Notes under the pieces: generated by a model
The model's database searches: none
Told to the model about the DNA's origin: nothing
The model's input: the letters and a program-made list of their open reading frames with translations, nothing else
Origin: Curvularia clavata
Taxonomy: Eukaryota
DNA: 64,000 nucleotides
Assembly (NCBI GenBank): GCA_023920165.1
Contig: CP089274.1
Coordinates: 496,001 to 560,000 of the forward strand
Direction: 5' to 3'
Made by a program: the position numbers and the translations under genes
Shown: one piece after another, positions 1 to 11,326 of the stretch
Position numbering within the stretch: position 1 is the first letter of the stretch
Layout of the letters: the number at the start of each line of letters is the position of its first letter

Positions 1-1278
1 GTCGTAGGCGTAGATTTGGGTTTGGCGGCCCATACTACCCTTCTCGATACTACGCACACCCGCCGAGTGGTCGCTATGCGAGCAGTATGATCGCTCAATA
101 CGGCAGTGGCTACTCTCATGCCCCAGTCCCACGAGGCTTTGTCCGAGGCTACCCAGGCTATGCCTCTGGTTACGCATATGGAACAGGATATCACATCGGC
201 GCTCGCGCTGTTATGCCGGTCAATTCTGCAATGGTAAGTTTGTGCTCTTTCCTGCGTCCGATTGCGCTTCTTGCTGCCTTTCCTCCACCACACCGCTGCC
301 TTGCTCGGCCATTGTCGGCCCTTGCGATGTGAAAGACATCACGTGGGCCTCAATTCCCGTTCTCAACACGCAACACTCGTCTTTTGTTTGTCTGATGCGC
401 CCTCACATTGGCCTTCACCTTGCCTCTTTCCTTGCTTGACCGCACTACGCGCTCTCATCCCTACCCAGCCCATCTCCTTCCTTGAATATCACCGCACTCA
501 TTCACATCCCCACTGCTTTACCAATTGCCGAGCACCCGCCACCGCAATGGAACAGTACCCGAAGCCTCGCCATCAGTACATCTACAACCCCCGCTATGGT
601 CAGCGAGGCGTTCTCACCTACGCTGGCCAGGCTCCCAATGGTGCCGCGCCCGCTGGCGTTATCGGAGCCGGCTATGGCTTGGGCATTGGCTATCCCGGTG
701 TCGTTGCTGGTGTAGCCCCTGGCTATGGGGTGGGTGCTTATCAACCTGCGGTATACAACACTCGTCCCTTTTTCCAACATACTTACACCAGTTACTATCA
801 TCCTTATCTGAGCGGTGGTTATGGCTATTACAATTACAACCTGTATGGCTCGCTATATCCACTTTCTAACTTTTATTTCCCTTACCAGAGGACCTACTAT
901 ACCACTGCCCCCAGCTACGGCTACACAGCACATGTATATCCACCCGGACCGGCCGCCTACCATGTCACGAACGCTCAAGTCCCCGCTTATGCCTCACCCG
1001 CTGCACATGTAGTAAGGGAAACGAGGCCCGCCTATTCTTCACGAGTCTCGACACGCGAAGATATTCAGATGGAAAACCGCCGCATCGCAACTGAGCGCGG
1101 TGCCTACAGTCCGCGAAGGATACGGCCGGCAGATGCTCGCGATGACGACCCGTTTTGGTGCCGAGAGGTCAATGGCGAGTGGCATCTTCGCTCCTACTAT
1201 CAGATCGAAAACGAGTGTCATCCCGGTCGGTGGATGATGGATGCCGAGATTGGTTTCTTGGTCTTTCATCGCGCGTAG
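1..1278 (+). CDS. Tyr/Gly/Pro-rich hypothetical protein, 5'-truncated by the window edge (exon <1-233, intron 234-468, exon 469-1278; internal ATG at 547)
   Basis: Frame 3 is open from base 3 (RRRRFGFGGPYYPSRYY...PVNSAM) up to a GTAAGT donor at 234. CTTGAC branch and CAG acceptor at 468 rejoin the 262..1278 frame. Both exons share the Y/G/P bias. The C-terminus looks folded (PFWCREVNGEWHLRSYYQIENECHPGRW). Confidence 0.6.
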
Positions 1279-1435
1279 ACGCAAGTTAACTCGGGCGTAC
1301 GGCACTGTCTGCAGTAATACTCGGACACTACCGCCGAGACAAGGAGTGTAGTCGGCTCGCTCTATCTGCAGTGTGTTTGTCGAGATACACGCGGCCCTCT
1401 CGTCTTATGTTCTGCCTTTCTATTTACGGATACCC

Positions 1436-1457
1436 TTTCTTTTTTTCTTTTTTTTTT
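1436..1457. repeat. poly-T-rich tract
   Basis: tttctttttttcttttttttttt downstream of the first gene. Confidence 0.6.
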
Positions 1458-2155
1458 AAATCTGGCATTCAATAGCATCGGGGACTCATCATATTGGCGC
1501 CTGGAGTTCGAATGGGGGTGCAGATGCAAAGCAAGTCTTTTGGAATCCAAATTAATACAACCCGCAAGACCTGAATCCCAGCTACAACAACGTGAACATC
1601 AAGGAAATTCCTGATCCCAGCTGCAACTTCGGCACTGCTTCCACTGGCCTGAGAGATGAAGTGGCGTGAAAATAAGAGATGTACGAAGTAGAGTAGTAAT
1701 ATAAAAAATGATTTGCTTCGAGGTCATCCTTGCATTTGAGTCTTTTGCTCATTGCATAGGGTTCCATAAGTAATACCCAAGGCTTCGAGCCGTACGACAG
1801 GTAGGAGCTGTCTAAACTCAGTATGTCGATATCAAACGAATTGTGCTCTTGGATTGGTGTGCGAGATATTGTGCGAGATATCCAAATCAATTTTCAGGTG
1901 CATCAATTGGCCGAGGTGAGATGGCTGGTAAAGCATTACTGGACCAGCAATTATTTGCCAAAGAAAAGAAAAGAAAAGAAAAACCAACAACCATAAGAAA
2001 ACAAACAAAATCTTTTCCGTCGATTTCTCTCCCCGACGAAACCCTCCCTCTTAGCTCGAACCCCCGCCTCAGCCTCAGCCTGACGTCACAAGCCCCCCAC
2101 ATTCGCACAGCGAACCTCCGAACCTCCACCTACCTAACAAACTCTAGCTTCCCCC

Positions 2156-2885
2156 ATGCCACAGCAACAACAACACTCTGCCGGCTCGCATCTTATCACT
2201 TTTCTGTTTGTGTCTATATTCGTGATATCTCTCTTCCCAGGTATCTTCGTGTCGATATTCTGGGCTCCGTACAATTCCCTTGCGAACTATCTTGTCCCGA
2301 CTCCCGCACCGCGCAAAAGCGTAGTTTGTACGAGTCCCAACGTGTGTACTTCGCTGCCTATCATGTCTTGGTATGTGTATCGCCTTAAATTCAAAAAAAG
2401 AGATTCCAGCGATCGATGAGGCAAAAGAACTAACATTGGGCCCTCTCGCAAACAGGTCTCAGAAAACATTTACACTGCCCTCGCGCTCGCGCGGCTGCTA
2501 CCTCGTGACGGACCACGTTCTCAAAGAAGTACCAGAAATCAAGCAGTACAAGACGGGGCTTCTGAACCTTTTTGTTCAACACACGTCGTGCGCGCTGTCG
2601 CTGAACGAAAACTACGATGAGGATGTGCGTGCGGATATGGGCACGGCGCTCGATCGCATAGTGCCAGAGGACAAGAAGGGCCAGGGCCTGTATCTACACG
2701 ATGCAGAGGGCAGCGATGATATGCCAGCTCATGTCAAGTCTGCGCTGGTTGGCGCAAGCGTTACCATACCGATTACAAATGGGAGACTAAATACGGGCAC
2801 ATGGCAGGGAATTTGGTACTTGGAGTTTAGGGACTCGAAGCATACGCGCAAGGTGGTGGCTACGATTCAGGGAGAGAAGGCATGA
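2156..2885 (+). CDS. UPF0047/YjbQ family protein (intron 2371-2455; core ATG 2363, possible upstream ATG 2156)
   Basis: Spliced product MSW|SQKTFTLPSRSRGCYL...HTSCALSLNENYDEDVRADM...HDAEGSDDMPAHVKS...GTWQGIWYLEFR carries the YjbQ motifs. GTATGT donor, CTAAC branch, CAG acceptor. Confidence 0.92.
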
Positions 2886-3073
2886 AAGGGGAAAATCTAG
2901 GACGGAGGGATGATATCCATAGCACACTTGCTGAAAAAGATGTATATAGCACATGTCAAGGCCATGCCAGTTCAAGTTCACGAGAGTTCCAGGGAATATT
3001 GTGCAGTAGCATGCCTCTTGCATGACTTTGAATTGAAACACATATGTACAGCTTCGCAAAACTCAGGACTGCT

Positions 3074-3901
3074 TTACCGCTGAGCAAGCGGCTCGTCAGT
3101 AACCTTTTGTGTTTCGTTGACTTCGGCTGCGTTGCCCTTGGGTCCCAATGGGTATGAAAGCTCGTGCTCGGGGGTAGCTTCAAGGACAGCGCGGTGCTTC
3201 TCGTGGGCCTGTGGAGTGTTAACAGTCGTCCTTCCCAACTTATATATGCCAGAAAATCTGCAATTCGAATATCCGCAGCTGGAGAAAATAAAGCTTATAC
3301 GTACAAATGGCAGACCGCAGTATGTGCACCAGCAGATCTGGGGCTTATCTGTGTTGATAAAGATGCGGGGGTGTCCTAGAGGACCGCCTCCACCGTCGCA
3401 GGAAACAACACGGTCGTGTGTCCAGCGAACGGGTTGCTGGTGAATGAGTTCAATGGCGGCATATGGGCGTGGCTGTATATTTCCATGTTAGCAAAAAGTT
3501 ACTTTTCCGTTCCTTTCCTCTCAACACCACCACATCTCCCGGAAGAAGCCACGACATACCTGGTCTGCAATGATCGTCTGCTCAAACCTCGGCCCACTCA
3601 TCGCAACAGCCCTGGGGTTCTGGCTCCTTGACCAGATTCCCTTGTAGTTGGGCGCCTGTGTAACCCGCATCTCCTCCGCATCCTCTACAGACTCCTGCAG
3701 GACCTTGTCGAATGAGCCCTCGGAAGAGGTGGCCATTTCATTCGTCGACGAGACATTCTGCTTCGCGTCGCGCTTGATGGGGTCGTTGGCGGGGACCTGG
3801 TTGCTGGTTGTGGCTGTCGAGACGTAGCGGGTCAGCGGGCGCGAGGCGGTGGCGGCCGCTGCGCTGCGGGAGCGCAGAGCGCGAAGAGCGACTGGGAGCA
3901 T
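3074..3901 (-). CDS. NDUFS6: NADH:ubiquinone oxidoreductase Zn-binding accessory subunit (NDUFS6/NUMM-like); introns 3473-3559 and 3209-3304
   Basis: Mitochondrial-type presequence; WSRSQNPRAVAMSGPRFEQT; exon 2 reads PRPYAAIELIHQQPVRW...SCDGGGGPLGHPRIFINTDKPQICWCTYCGLPF (zf-CHCC). Confidence 0.93.
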
Positions 3902-4781
3902 GCTGGGCGAGGGAGTTGGGTGCAGACGGGCTGCGCAATTGCTGGGGGTAGATGGCGGGTTGCGTTGTTGAAGTTGAGCTTCCGAGCGTTCGCGCTATGG
4001 TTGTCTTATGTAAGCAGAGGTACGATTGGTTCGAGTCTATGTCGCTTTATCTGTTCGTCTTGTTCCTCTATTATAAGTTTAGCTTTTCTTTTTTTCTGCA
4101 AAAGAACTTTGGAGATACTGTAGACTTATGGATCATGATTTAGCGAGGGTTCTTTAAGCTGTTCTGGTCATTTCTGAACCTGATTTCCTCAATGAGTTGG
4201 CGATGGATCCTCAACTCGTCAAAGCAGCATAGAACATATACAGCATCCTCATTTTACTGCTTTCTTTATGTATTCTTATCGATTAAAATTCCTCACTTAC
4301 TTCACGAGGTTCTATGGGTGTCCAGAATCCTGTCTTCCGATAGAGGGTCGACCCTAATGAGATTCCTAGGGCACTCATACATGATCAGGCGAACACTACT
4401 TCAAGGCCAAGAAGACGAAGATTGATACTCTTCTAAGACGTTTGCTACAAGAAAACACTCCGCATCCATTTGTGGATATATAGAAAACAAAGCAAGCTAA
4501 AATCCAGTCTATGACCCGTGGAAAATGTCGACCCCTGACTAGGGACTGCTACTGTAAAGAGAGAACCCGGGCGCATACCAAATCTGACATCTGTTCAGTC
4601 AACAAAAGCGTGAGCCGTTCTTCTTAGAACGATGCTATGATAACCGAGTCGGTTATCGGCTCTCCGCTAATGCCGGACCCTTGCACAATCTTAATCTTGA
4701 ATACCATCAGTCCACCTTAACATAACAGTAGAAACCGCAAAGAATTCCCTTTCACAGAAAACAATCATCAAACTGGTAATT

Positions 4782-5411
4782 ATGGTGGCCTCAGTACCAA
4801 ACGACATCTTTCAATTCTCCACATACGCCGCTCTAAAAGCCGGGTTCAATCAAGGCCAACCGCGAACAGCAGACTTAACCTCACACGGCTCAGATGGCAT
4901 CGGTGTCTACGAGGATGGTAGTCTCATGATGCTGAAATCCGGTCGAGCATACGCAATCGCCAAAGACGGCAAGGCCAAACCAGCGCCCATGGAAGCACGT
5001 CTCCCCCTTGCCTTGGTAACAGTCTACGAGCCAAACTTTCGCCTCATGTTCCCTTCCTTTACTCTAGAGGGTCTCGAGGAGCTCACATCATCCAATGAGT
5101 TGGGGCCTACAAAAGGCGTCAATACGCTTATGCCTTTCAAATTGTTTGGCCGCTTCGAATCAATAGAATTCGAACATGGACCCAGTCGCAATGACATTGA
5201 TGGGGCGGTGTTTGGGTTCATTGTGCCAGAATGGATGAAAGCGATCAGTGGGCCGCGTATACACGCCCACTTTCTGGATACGAGTGAGGAGATGGGTGGT
5301 AGAGTGGTGGATTTCCGGATGGCCGAGCAGGCGCTACTGGACTTTGCGAAGTGTGGAAGGTTTCATCTAGGGTTCCCTCAAGGAGAGGAATGGGAGAATG
5401 TCAGGCTATGA
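4782..5411 (+). CDS. Alpha-acetolactate decarboxylase-like protein, intronless, degenerate active site
   Basis: PNDIFQFST..AL..G, HG.DGIG..EDG and IHAHFLD....GG.V.DF match the ALDC/BudA pattern. Confidence 0.75.
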   Translation: MVASVPNDIFQFSTYAALKAGFNQGQPRTADLTSHGSDGIGVYEDGSLMMLKSGRAYAIAKDGKAKPAPMEARLPLALVTVYEPNFRLMFPSFTLEGLEELTSSNELGPTKGVNTLMPFKLFGRFESIEFEHGPSRNDIDGAVFGFIVPEWMKAISGPRIHAHFLDTSEEMGGRVVDFRMAEQALLDFAKCGRFHLGFPQGEEWENVRL

Positions 5412-5948
5412 TTGTGCATTTTGTAGAATGATGGGTTTGTGATATTACGATTTTTTTCAAAGAGTACAAAAGGTATAATCTACAAGTGAGTGGCTGCTTT
5501 ACTATCTTCGCATACATTTACGAGCGTTTGTTTATTGGAAGTAGCAACAAGAATTCCCGCTCAATTAAACTAAACTTAATTTGGAGTTGTCATTTATATC
5601 TTATTGTGTCGCAAAGGTTGTTAAGTGCGTATGGGCAAGGTCGCTAACATTTTGCGGCTTCTAGTGTGACCTCACTACCTTCCGGACGATATTCTAGACA
5701 CAGGAAGCTCCATCAAAAAAGCCCTTGAGCACAGCGACTGCAGTTGGAATTGGCAACAATTCAACTACGGTAAGTCACCGGAATCTTATAGTCGGCTCCA
5801 ATAGGACATACCTCTCTTATGCCTCTGAAATGTTCTACTTCCTTGTTTTGTGGAAATTGATTTAAAGTAGAATATGTTAGCCAGATAATCGTCCAGTATT
5901 CCAAAACGTCTAACCAAAAAACACTACCTACTCAATCATAAAACCATG

Positions 5949-8441
5949 TCATACCAATATGATCGTCTCCCGCTTCCCATCAAAATGCTTCGTACTGCCT
6001 TCACATTTCCTTCCCACAGGTATCAACTTAAAGCAACCAACACGTTCCCAAGAAAGTTTTGCCGGATCGCCGGGCTGCACCACAAGTCCACTGCAACCAT
6101 CTCCGTCCCTTTTCCCACCGACTAGGGGAAGAATAGCAAGCCCTACACTATTCTCCAGATGCGTGTCTGGCCACCACTGGAACGCATAATCGTCTTTGCT
6201 GAACGCTTTGCCTTGTCCTCGAACAGACTGGAACTCGTAGATTCGATTTCCCTCCCTATCACGCTTGAATTTCAGCTCGAGGTCAAAGATGCATCCGTGA
6301 ATAATCGCTTTGTTCGTTGCTCCGAGCCCATCGAACGAAAGGCGTGCTTTGTTGTCTGCTTCAGCCATAGCCATCCGGACGTCAATCTTTTCAAAGTCAA
6401 AACGCTGACCAACGACTGCAGCATCAACCGAAAGCCACGACCACGTGGGTGCCTTGAACTCTGCTGGGTCAATCCGTTTTCCAGGCTTGCGTATCTTCCA
6501 CATGAGTTCCTCGGTAAGGTTACGTCCCCATAAGCCGAAGAAGAGCCTGTTGGGTGTCGAGCTTTTGTTAATGACCTTCTCGGCTTGTTTGGCCAAGGCA
6601 GCAATCGCGTTCCATTTGTCGGAGTTGAAAGTTAAATTGCTGGCAGTGTATTCTCGCACGATGCGCCACCAGAACGGGCTCCAGTCTTCATATTGGAGGC
6701 CAGCTTTCGCTTCCCGGCGAATCATCTCCAGAGAGGACTTTAGTCCCATGTCTATGTGCGCCCCACTGGACAATCGATGGATATCTCTGTGTAGTAGAGG
6801 TGAAAGCTCATCTGCAGTGCCCTCGATACATTCCCAATGCACCATATCTGCTCCAAAATTCAATGTACGTGGAGCTAACGCGCGCTCTTGTACAACCCAT
6901 CCTCTCGTATGAAGAGGAGGGCGTTTGTCGCCGTTAGAGCTTGGCCCTCGGCTCTTCTCTGGCACTGCCCATATTCGATCCCGACTCTCCGGAATCCCGT
7001 CGCGAAGGAGTGCAGGGACCAATGATAGTGGGTAACGCGACTTGAAGCATCCGCCGTTGCTGTTTTCTGCTGCGAGCGCAGCAATAGTCAAAGTAGCGTT
7101 ACCGTAAACTTCGCCCATCGCGGGGATCTCCCGCGCTTTGTCGACCGGTGAGTCTTGGATGATGCACAAGGAATCAATCCAGAGGTAGTAAAAACCCATT
7201 TTTGAAGTGATTTGTGTGGCGTCAAGGAAGTTTTGTGGCAGTGAATCAATGGGTATGTCATTCAGCAGGCTGTTGTAGTTCTTGGACACTAGACTGAAAG
7301 AATGACCACCCCATCGGTGACTGAGGGCGAAGTACGATATGTTGCGGTTGGGTAGGTCGGAGGTAGCACAGAGCTTAAGGGAAATTACATCGCCTCCAAC
7401 AGCTGTGATCTTGATGAGTCGTGTGGGCAGAAAGCCACTGCGTGTAGTGACCTTGTTGCAAGAGTCATGATTCTCGCGGCACTTTCGGAGCCACTCCTTG
7501 GCCATGGCATACAGCGGTTGTGAGTCAGTCCGTGTGTGCTGTAAAGATGCAGACAAGTCTTTAGGCTTGTGACCATAGCTGAGCTCGATTGTCCGCAGTG
7601 TTATAGGTCCTCCCTCCTTTGATATCATTTTCTGCAAGAGGATATTTCCAGGTCCATCATAACTTTGTTTCCCTGATACCGCAACGCCGTAGAAATCGCT
7701 TTCGGGATCGGACTCGGGTTCGTCAAGCACAGTTTCCCGACCGATTAGCATTGAACACAAATGACATCCATCTTGAGCAGATTTGCGAACGGATTCCAGA
7801 GTGTAAAGGTGGCGCGAGAAGAGATCCCTAACTTCTTGACCCGAAAAGCTATCATCCTGGCAGCAATCGCAAGCCCCGTCTTCAATGTGAATTCCGAAGC
7901 CAGTTGATGTACACCCCGGGGGTCGCATACGGATTGCTCGGGCTTTTTTCAGGATTACTTTGCAAAAGCCGCAATACCGATATGGCTGAACTGCTTGGGC
8001 GATCGCATTTTCGCAACCAAACGAGAACTCGGAACTTGGCCCGCTGTTACTTGGTTGACTTTGACCAAAGGTAAAGGCACTAGTCGGAGGCGTCTTGCTG
8101 CTTCCAAAGACGAACAGTTGACGTGAATTGTTTGGGGGCTTCGACCGTTGACCTGACGAGTCTACATGATTTTCCAATGGAGAGACACCTGGGCCAGTTT
8201 CTTCCACCTCATGGAACTCAACGTCGATGGCAGGTTTTTTTGGAGTTCGATTTGAATTTCTAGGAGGTCCTGAAGGTCCATAGCGATCTGCTCTGGCGGC
8301 TGGATCAGTGCGTACTAGCACTTCTTCGACTTGTTCCCAAGATTTTAACATTTCCAATACTTCCTCTTCATCCATGTCACGACCACCCATTCTCGGGCCG
8401 GCTTGCCATACCAGCCCTTTTGGGAGCCCGTACTTTTCCAT
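5949..8441 (-). CDS. HET-domain (heterokaryon incompatibility) protein, 830 aa, intronless
   Basis: GCHLC, LPTRLI, YFALSHRWG, YLWIDSLCIIQD, MGEVYGNA, RGWVVQER..APRTLNFG, WECIE, APTWSWLSV, WERVG. Confidence 0.92.
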   Translation of the reverse strand: MEKYGLPKGLVWQAGPRMGGRDMDEEEVLEMLKSWEQVEEVLVRTDPAARADRYGPSGPPRNSNRTPKKPAIDVEFHEVEETGPGVSPLENHVDSSGQRSKPPNNSRQLFVFGSSKTPPTSAFTFGQSQPSNSGPSSEFSFGCENAIAQAVQPYRYCGFCKVILKKARAIRMRPPGCTSTGFGIHIEDGACDCCQDDSFSGQEVRDLFSRHLYTLESVRKSAQDGCHLCSMLIGRETVLDEPESDPESDFYGVAVSGKQSYDGPGNILLQKMISKEGGPITLRTIELSYGHKPKDLSASLQHTRTDSQPLYAMAKEWLRKCRENHDSCNKVTTRSGFLPTRLIKITAVGGDVISLKLCATSDLPNRNISYFALSHRWGGHSFSLVSKNYNSLLNDIPIDSLPQNFLDATQITSKMGFYYLWIDSLCIIQDSPVDKAREIPAMGEVYGNATLTIAALAAENSNGGCFKSRYPLSLVPALLRDGIPESRDRIWAVPEKSRGPSSNGDKRPPLHTRGWVVQERALAPRTLNFGADMVHWECIEGTADELSPLLHRDIHRLSSGAHIDMGLKSSLEMIRREAKAGLQYEDWSPFWWRIVREYTASNLTFNSDKWNAIAALAKQAEKVINKSSTPNRLFFGLWGRNLTEELMWKIRKPGKRIDPAEFKAPTWSWLSVDAAVVGQRFDFEKIDVRMAMAEADNKARLSFDGLGATNKAIIHGCIFDLELKFKRDREGNRIYEFQSVRGQGKAFSKDDYAFQWWPDTHLENSVGLAILPLVGGKRDGDGCSGLVVQPGDPAKLSWERVGCFKLIPVGRKCEGSTKHFDGKRETIILV

Positions 8442-9819
8442 GATGTAAAAAAGATGTTGAAGAGAGAAAGGAAGTTGTAACTCATTGCAGCGACAACGAA
8501 CTTTCCTATATGCAGGAATGGAAGGCTGCTCAGCCTTGCTGCGTACCGCCTCCAGCGGCTACCTGCATTTCAGCTGTCGAAAACGATTAGCCACTCGACG
8601 ACGTGTATGCCTTACGCGGTACACACGGCATTATAATTCGGGCATTATTGCTAAGTGGGCATAGCACGCGCTGTGGCTTGTCTCGGCGTCGATGGGTGGT
8701 TTCGGGATAGCAGCCATTGTGACACGCCCAAGGCAACGATCGGCGATAATTCGGAGCCTTGCCAATCGAACGTCGTCTGCGATAACGAACACAAGCTACG
8801 GAGTGGAGATGAAGTGGATATCTTCATATTAAAGTGAGGGCGTGACATAACGAGATAGTGTCGTTCTTGCACAAGGTAGCCTTCACCACCCAGCCTGGCG
8901 CCACCTATTGGATGCCATCAGGCTGGAAGAGGTGCGAGTGGTCCACTACAACAGTTGCAAAAGCCTCGCTCACGGATGGCACCACCTAATGTCGTCAAAT
9001 ATCTGGATTAAGCTTCCAAAAAGTGAGCGAACAGAATGGGTCCGCTGGGAGAGCCGAATTGATAGGGCAAAACCTCTCCTTTTATCTACGACTTGTTCAT
9101 AGCATACCCCCAAGATCTTAATGTTGCATTTCTTGTCATAAAGTGGCCTCATTTTTAGCAGAATTTTGTCTTTTGCTTGCACGGTGTACACAAGCGTACC
9201 CTCATGCTTAGGTATTAAAGTCTGGCTGCAAACGTAGCATTGATTTCAAAATCTACTTTAGTGCGCTTAAAATCGATGTTTCGTTGCTTCATGATCAGGG
9301 TCATTTCCTTCTGCCTAACTATCTCCCCTCACATTATTCTCAGCATGGCTTCTTCATACCCAGGCCCTGCATCCCCTGTGATACTATGGGGCTTTAAACA
9401 TCTTTTATTGCATGGACACTCAAGCACGTCATAGGTATGCATTGCTGCTTAATCTAATCCTATGGAAGCACGCGATAATGTTGAAGCTTTCAAGCAAGAA
9501 TCTCGATGTCTAGTCTTCTGCTTTCCACTGTATGTAACGTCTTTGCAGTCTTAGCCAGGCAATTGAATTGGGAGGGCTGGATGAATGGTAGCGTGCCCTT
9601 CTCCGTCGTGGAACGCCCGCGAGGAGATGTTCGCGTGTGGGCTGAGAGATAGTCATTATTGAACAGAACTTGCCTCAAATGACAGCACTTCTCTCGTTTA
9701 TACACGTACTGTATTCCACCTACCCATCCGATAGGCGTGCGTCTAGAAGGACTGCAGAAAAGGTGTAATGGACTAATTGTAGCTTGTTTTTTTTTGGAAA
9801 CTATAAATCTTAAATATAA

Positions 9820-11326
9820 TTAGACGGTCTCCCCATTTGGATCTGTTGGCAATGATGTGGACACTGGAGCTTGCGTGGATATTGGTGTGGGTGTGCCAGC
9901 CGATGTGCCAGCTGGTGTGGGCTGCGGTTGTGGACTTAGGTGTTGCGATGAAGTTTGTGAATATAATCTATCCAAACTGGATGATGACGATGGGCATAGC
10001 TGTGACGACTCATCCTTGCTCAAATTGATGCTCGATACTCCATCGTTCGCAACGTATTTGGAGTCAAGAAATGCGACCAACGCAATAAGCAAAGCTCCTA
10101 TTCTGCATTAGTCCTAAACTCCTCAAAAAAAACCAGCACTGGTATGGCTATACGCACCTGCTGTTACAACGTAGCTCCCAATGGTGAAGCCGGTCTGAGT
10201 GCTCGTATTGATATCGGCTTTATAGTAAATCGTGGAAACAAGAGCCCATACGATTGAGAGAAAAAAGCTAAAAAGCACCGGGATGATGACAATTGTGCTG
10301 GTAATGTAGGGGTCCCAAGAACGGACAATGTTGAGCCCATGCGTCTGCTGACTGGGTGCGGTGAGAACACCTTTTCTCACGAGTCGGTCCATAATTTCGG
10401 TTCTACCAGCCAACTCAGAAGGATCTTTGAAGTAATGAACCAGCCGACTGAAAGGACCATATCTTCCCAGGGCTAGAGGCAGGCCCACACGTGTGCCGAC
10501 AGCGTGGGATCGTACGAGCTGGAGGAATGGGTGATTCAGCATGTGGACAAACTTGCATTTCACTGGAGCTCTTACCGTTACAATGTCCACTCTCAAACTC
10601 GATTTAGTACCAAGGAATTCGAAAAGACCACCTTGTGCTCGCGAAAGATTGTAAAACACGCGAACATGCTGCAACAATGCCTTGTCATCCATGGAGCTGG
10701 AGCAGGGGATCACAAGGCGAGCGCCGTTGTCGGTGAATAGAATGAATTCCCTGTCGATTTCCGGCGATAGCTTCCAGGCTTCGCAATAGTCATCGATGAA
10801 TTCCCGGAGATCGTACGTCAGGACTGCATATAGTCGCCAAAAGGCCCTCCAGACGGTCCTCCTCCATCTTCGAGTATACTCAGTCCTCCTATCAGTACTC
10901 TGTATACTTGTACTGCTTACATTGATTCCTCCATCAGAGACGGCCAAGGATATCACCTTTTGCTGCAATTCGTTAACAACCATTATCTTATGGAAGAAGT
11001 AAGCAAAAGAGGAGGGGTCATACTAAAACGATATCGCGAAGATTGGCGGAGCTTGCGAATTTGCCGTCACCACACCCACAACATCCCAAAAGAATCGCAA
11101 ATAGTCGGATGACTAACCATATGATAAAGTAGACAAAGAAGAAAGTAATTGGGACAAGTTTCCTGGTAAATCGAAGCCAGATCAGGAATCGAAACGAAGT
11201 TGGAAAAATATTATCGACATAGACGCGGGTGGGATCTCGAGCAGCTTGTTTGAGTGCCACAGAGTAGAAAAACTTATCTCCTCTCGCCGCTCGCTCATCA
11301 CGCAGAAGCTGTGCGATCCTGTCCAT
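9820..11326 (-). CDS. Hypothetical multi-exon membrane protein (one N-terminal and two C-terminal hydrophobic segments)
   Basis: Three consecutive minus-strand ORFs (11018-11326, 10123-10983, 9820-10092) can be joined by GT..AG introns, e.g. GSYVVTAG|ALLIALVAFLDSK. The first intron would be short (~37-43 nt), so that junction is uncertain. Confidence 0.6.

Noticed and set aside
9857..10111. Cys-rich metallothionein-like ORF (GCGCGLRCCDEVC)
   Set aside because: It is the antisense shadow of the Ser/Pro/Thr-rich last exon of the minus-strand gene and has a GTG start.
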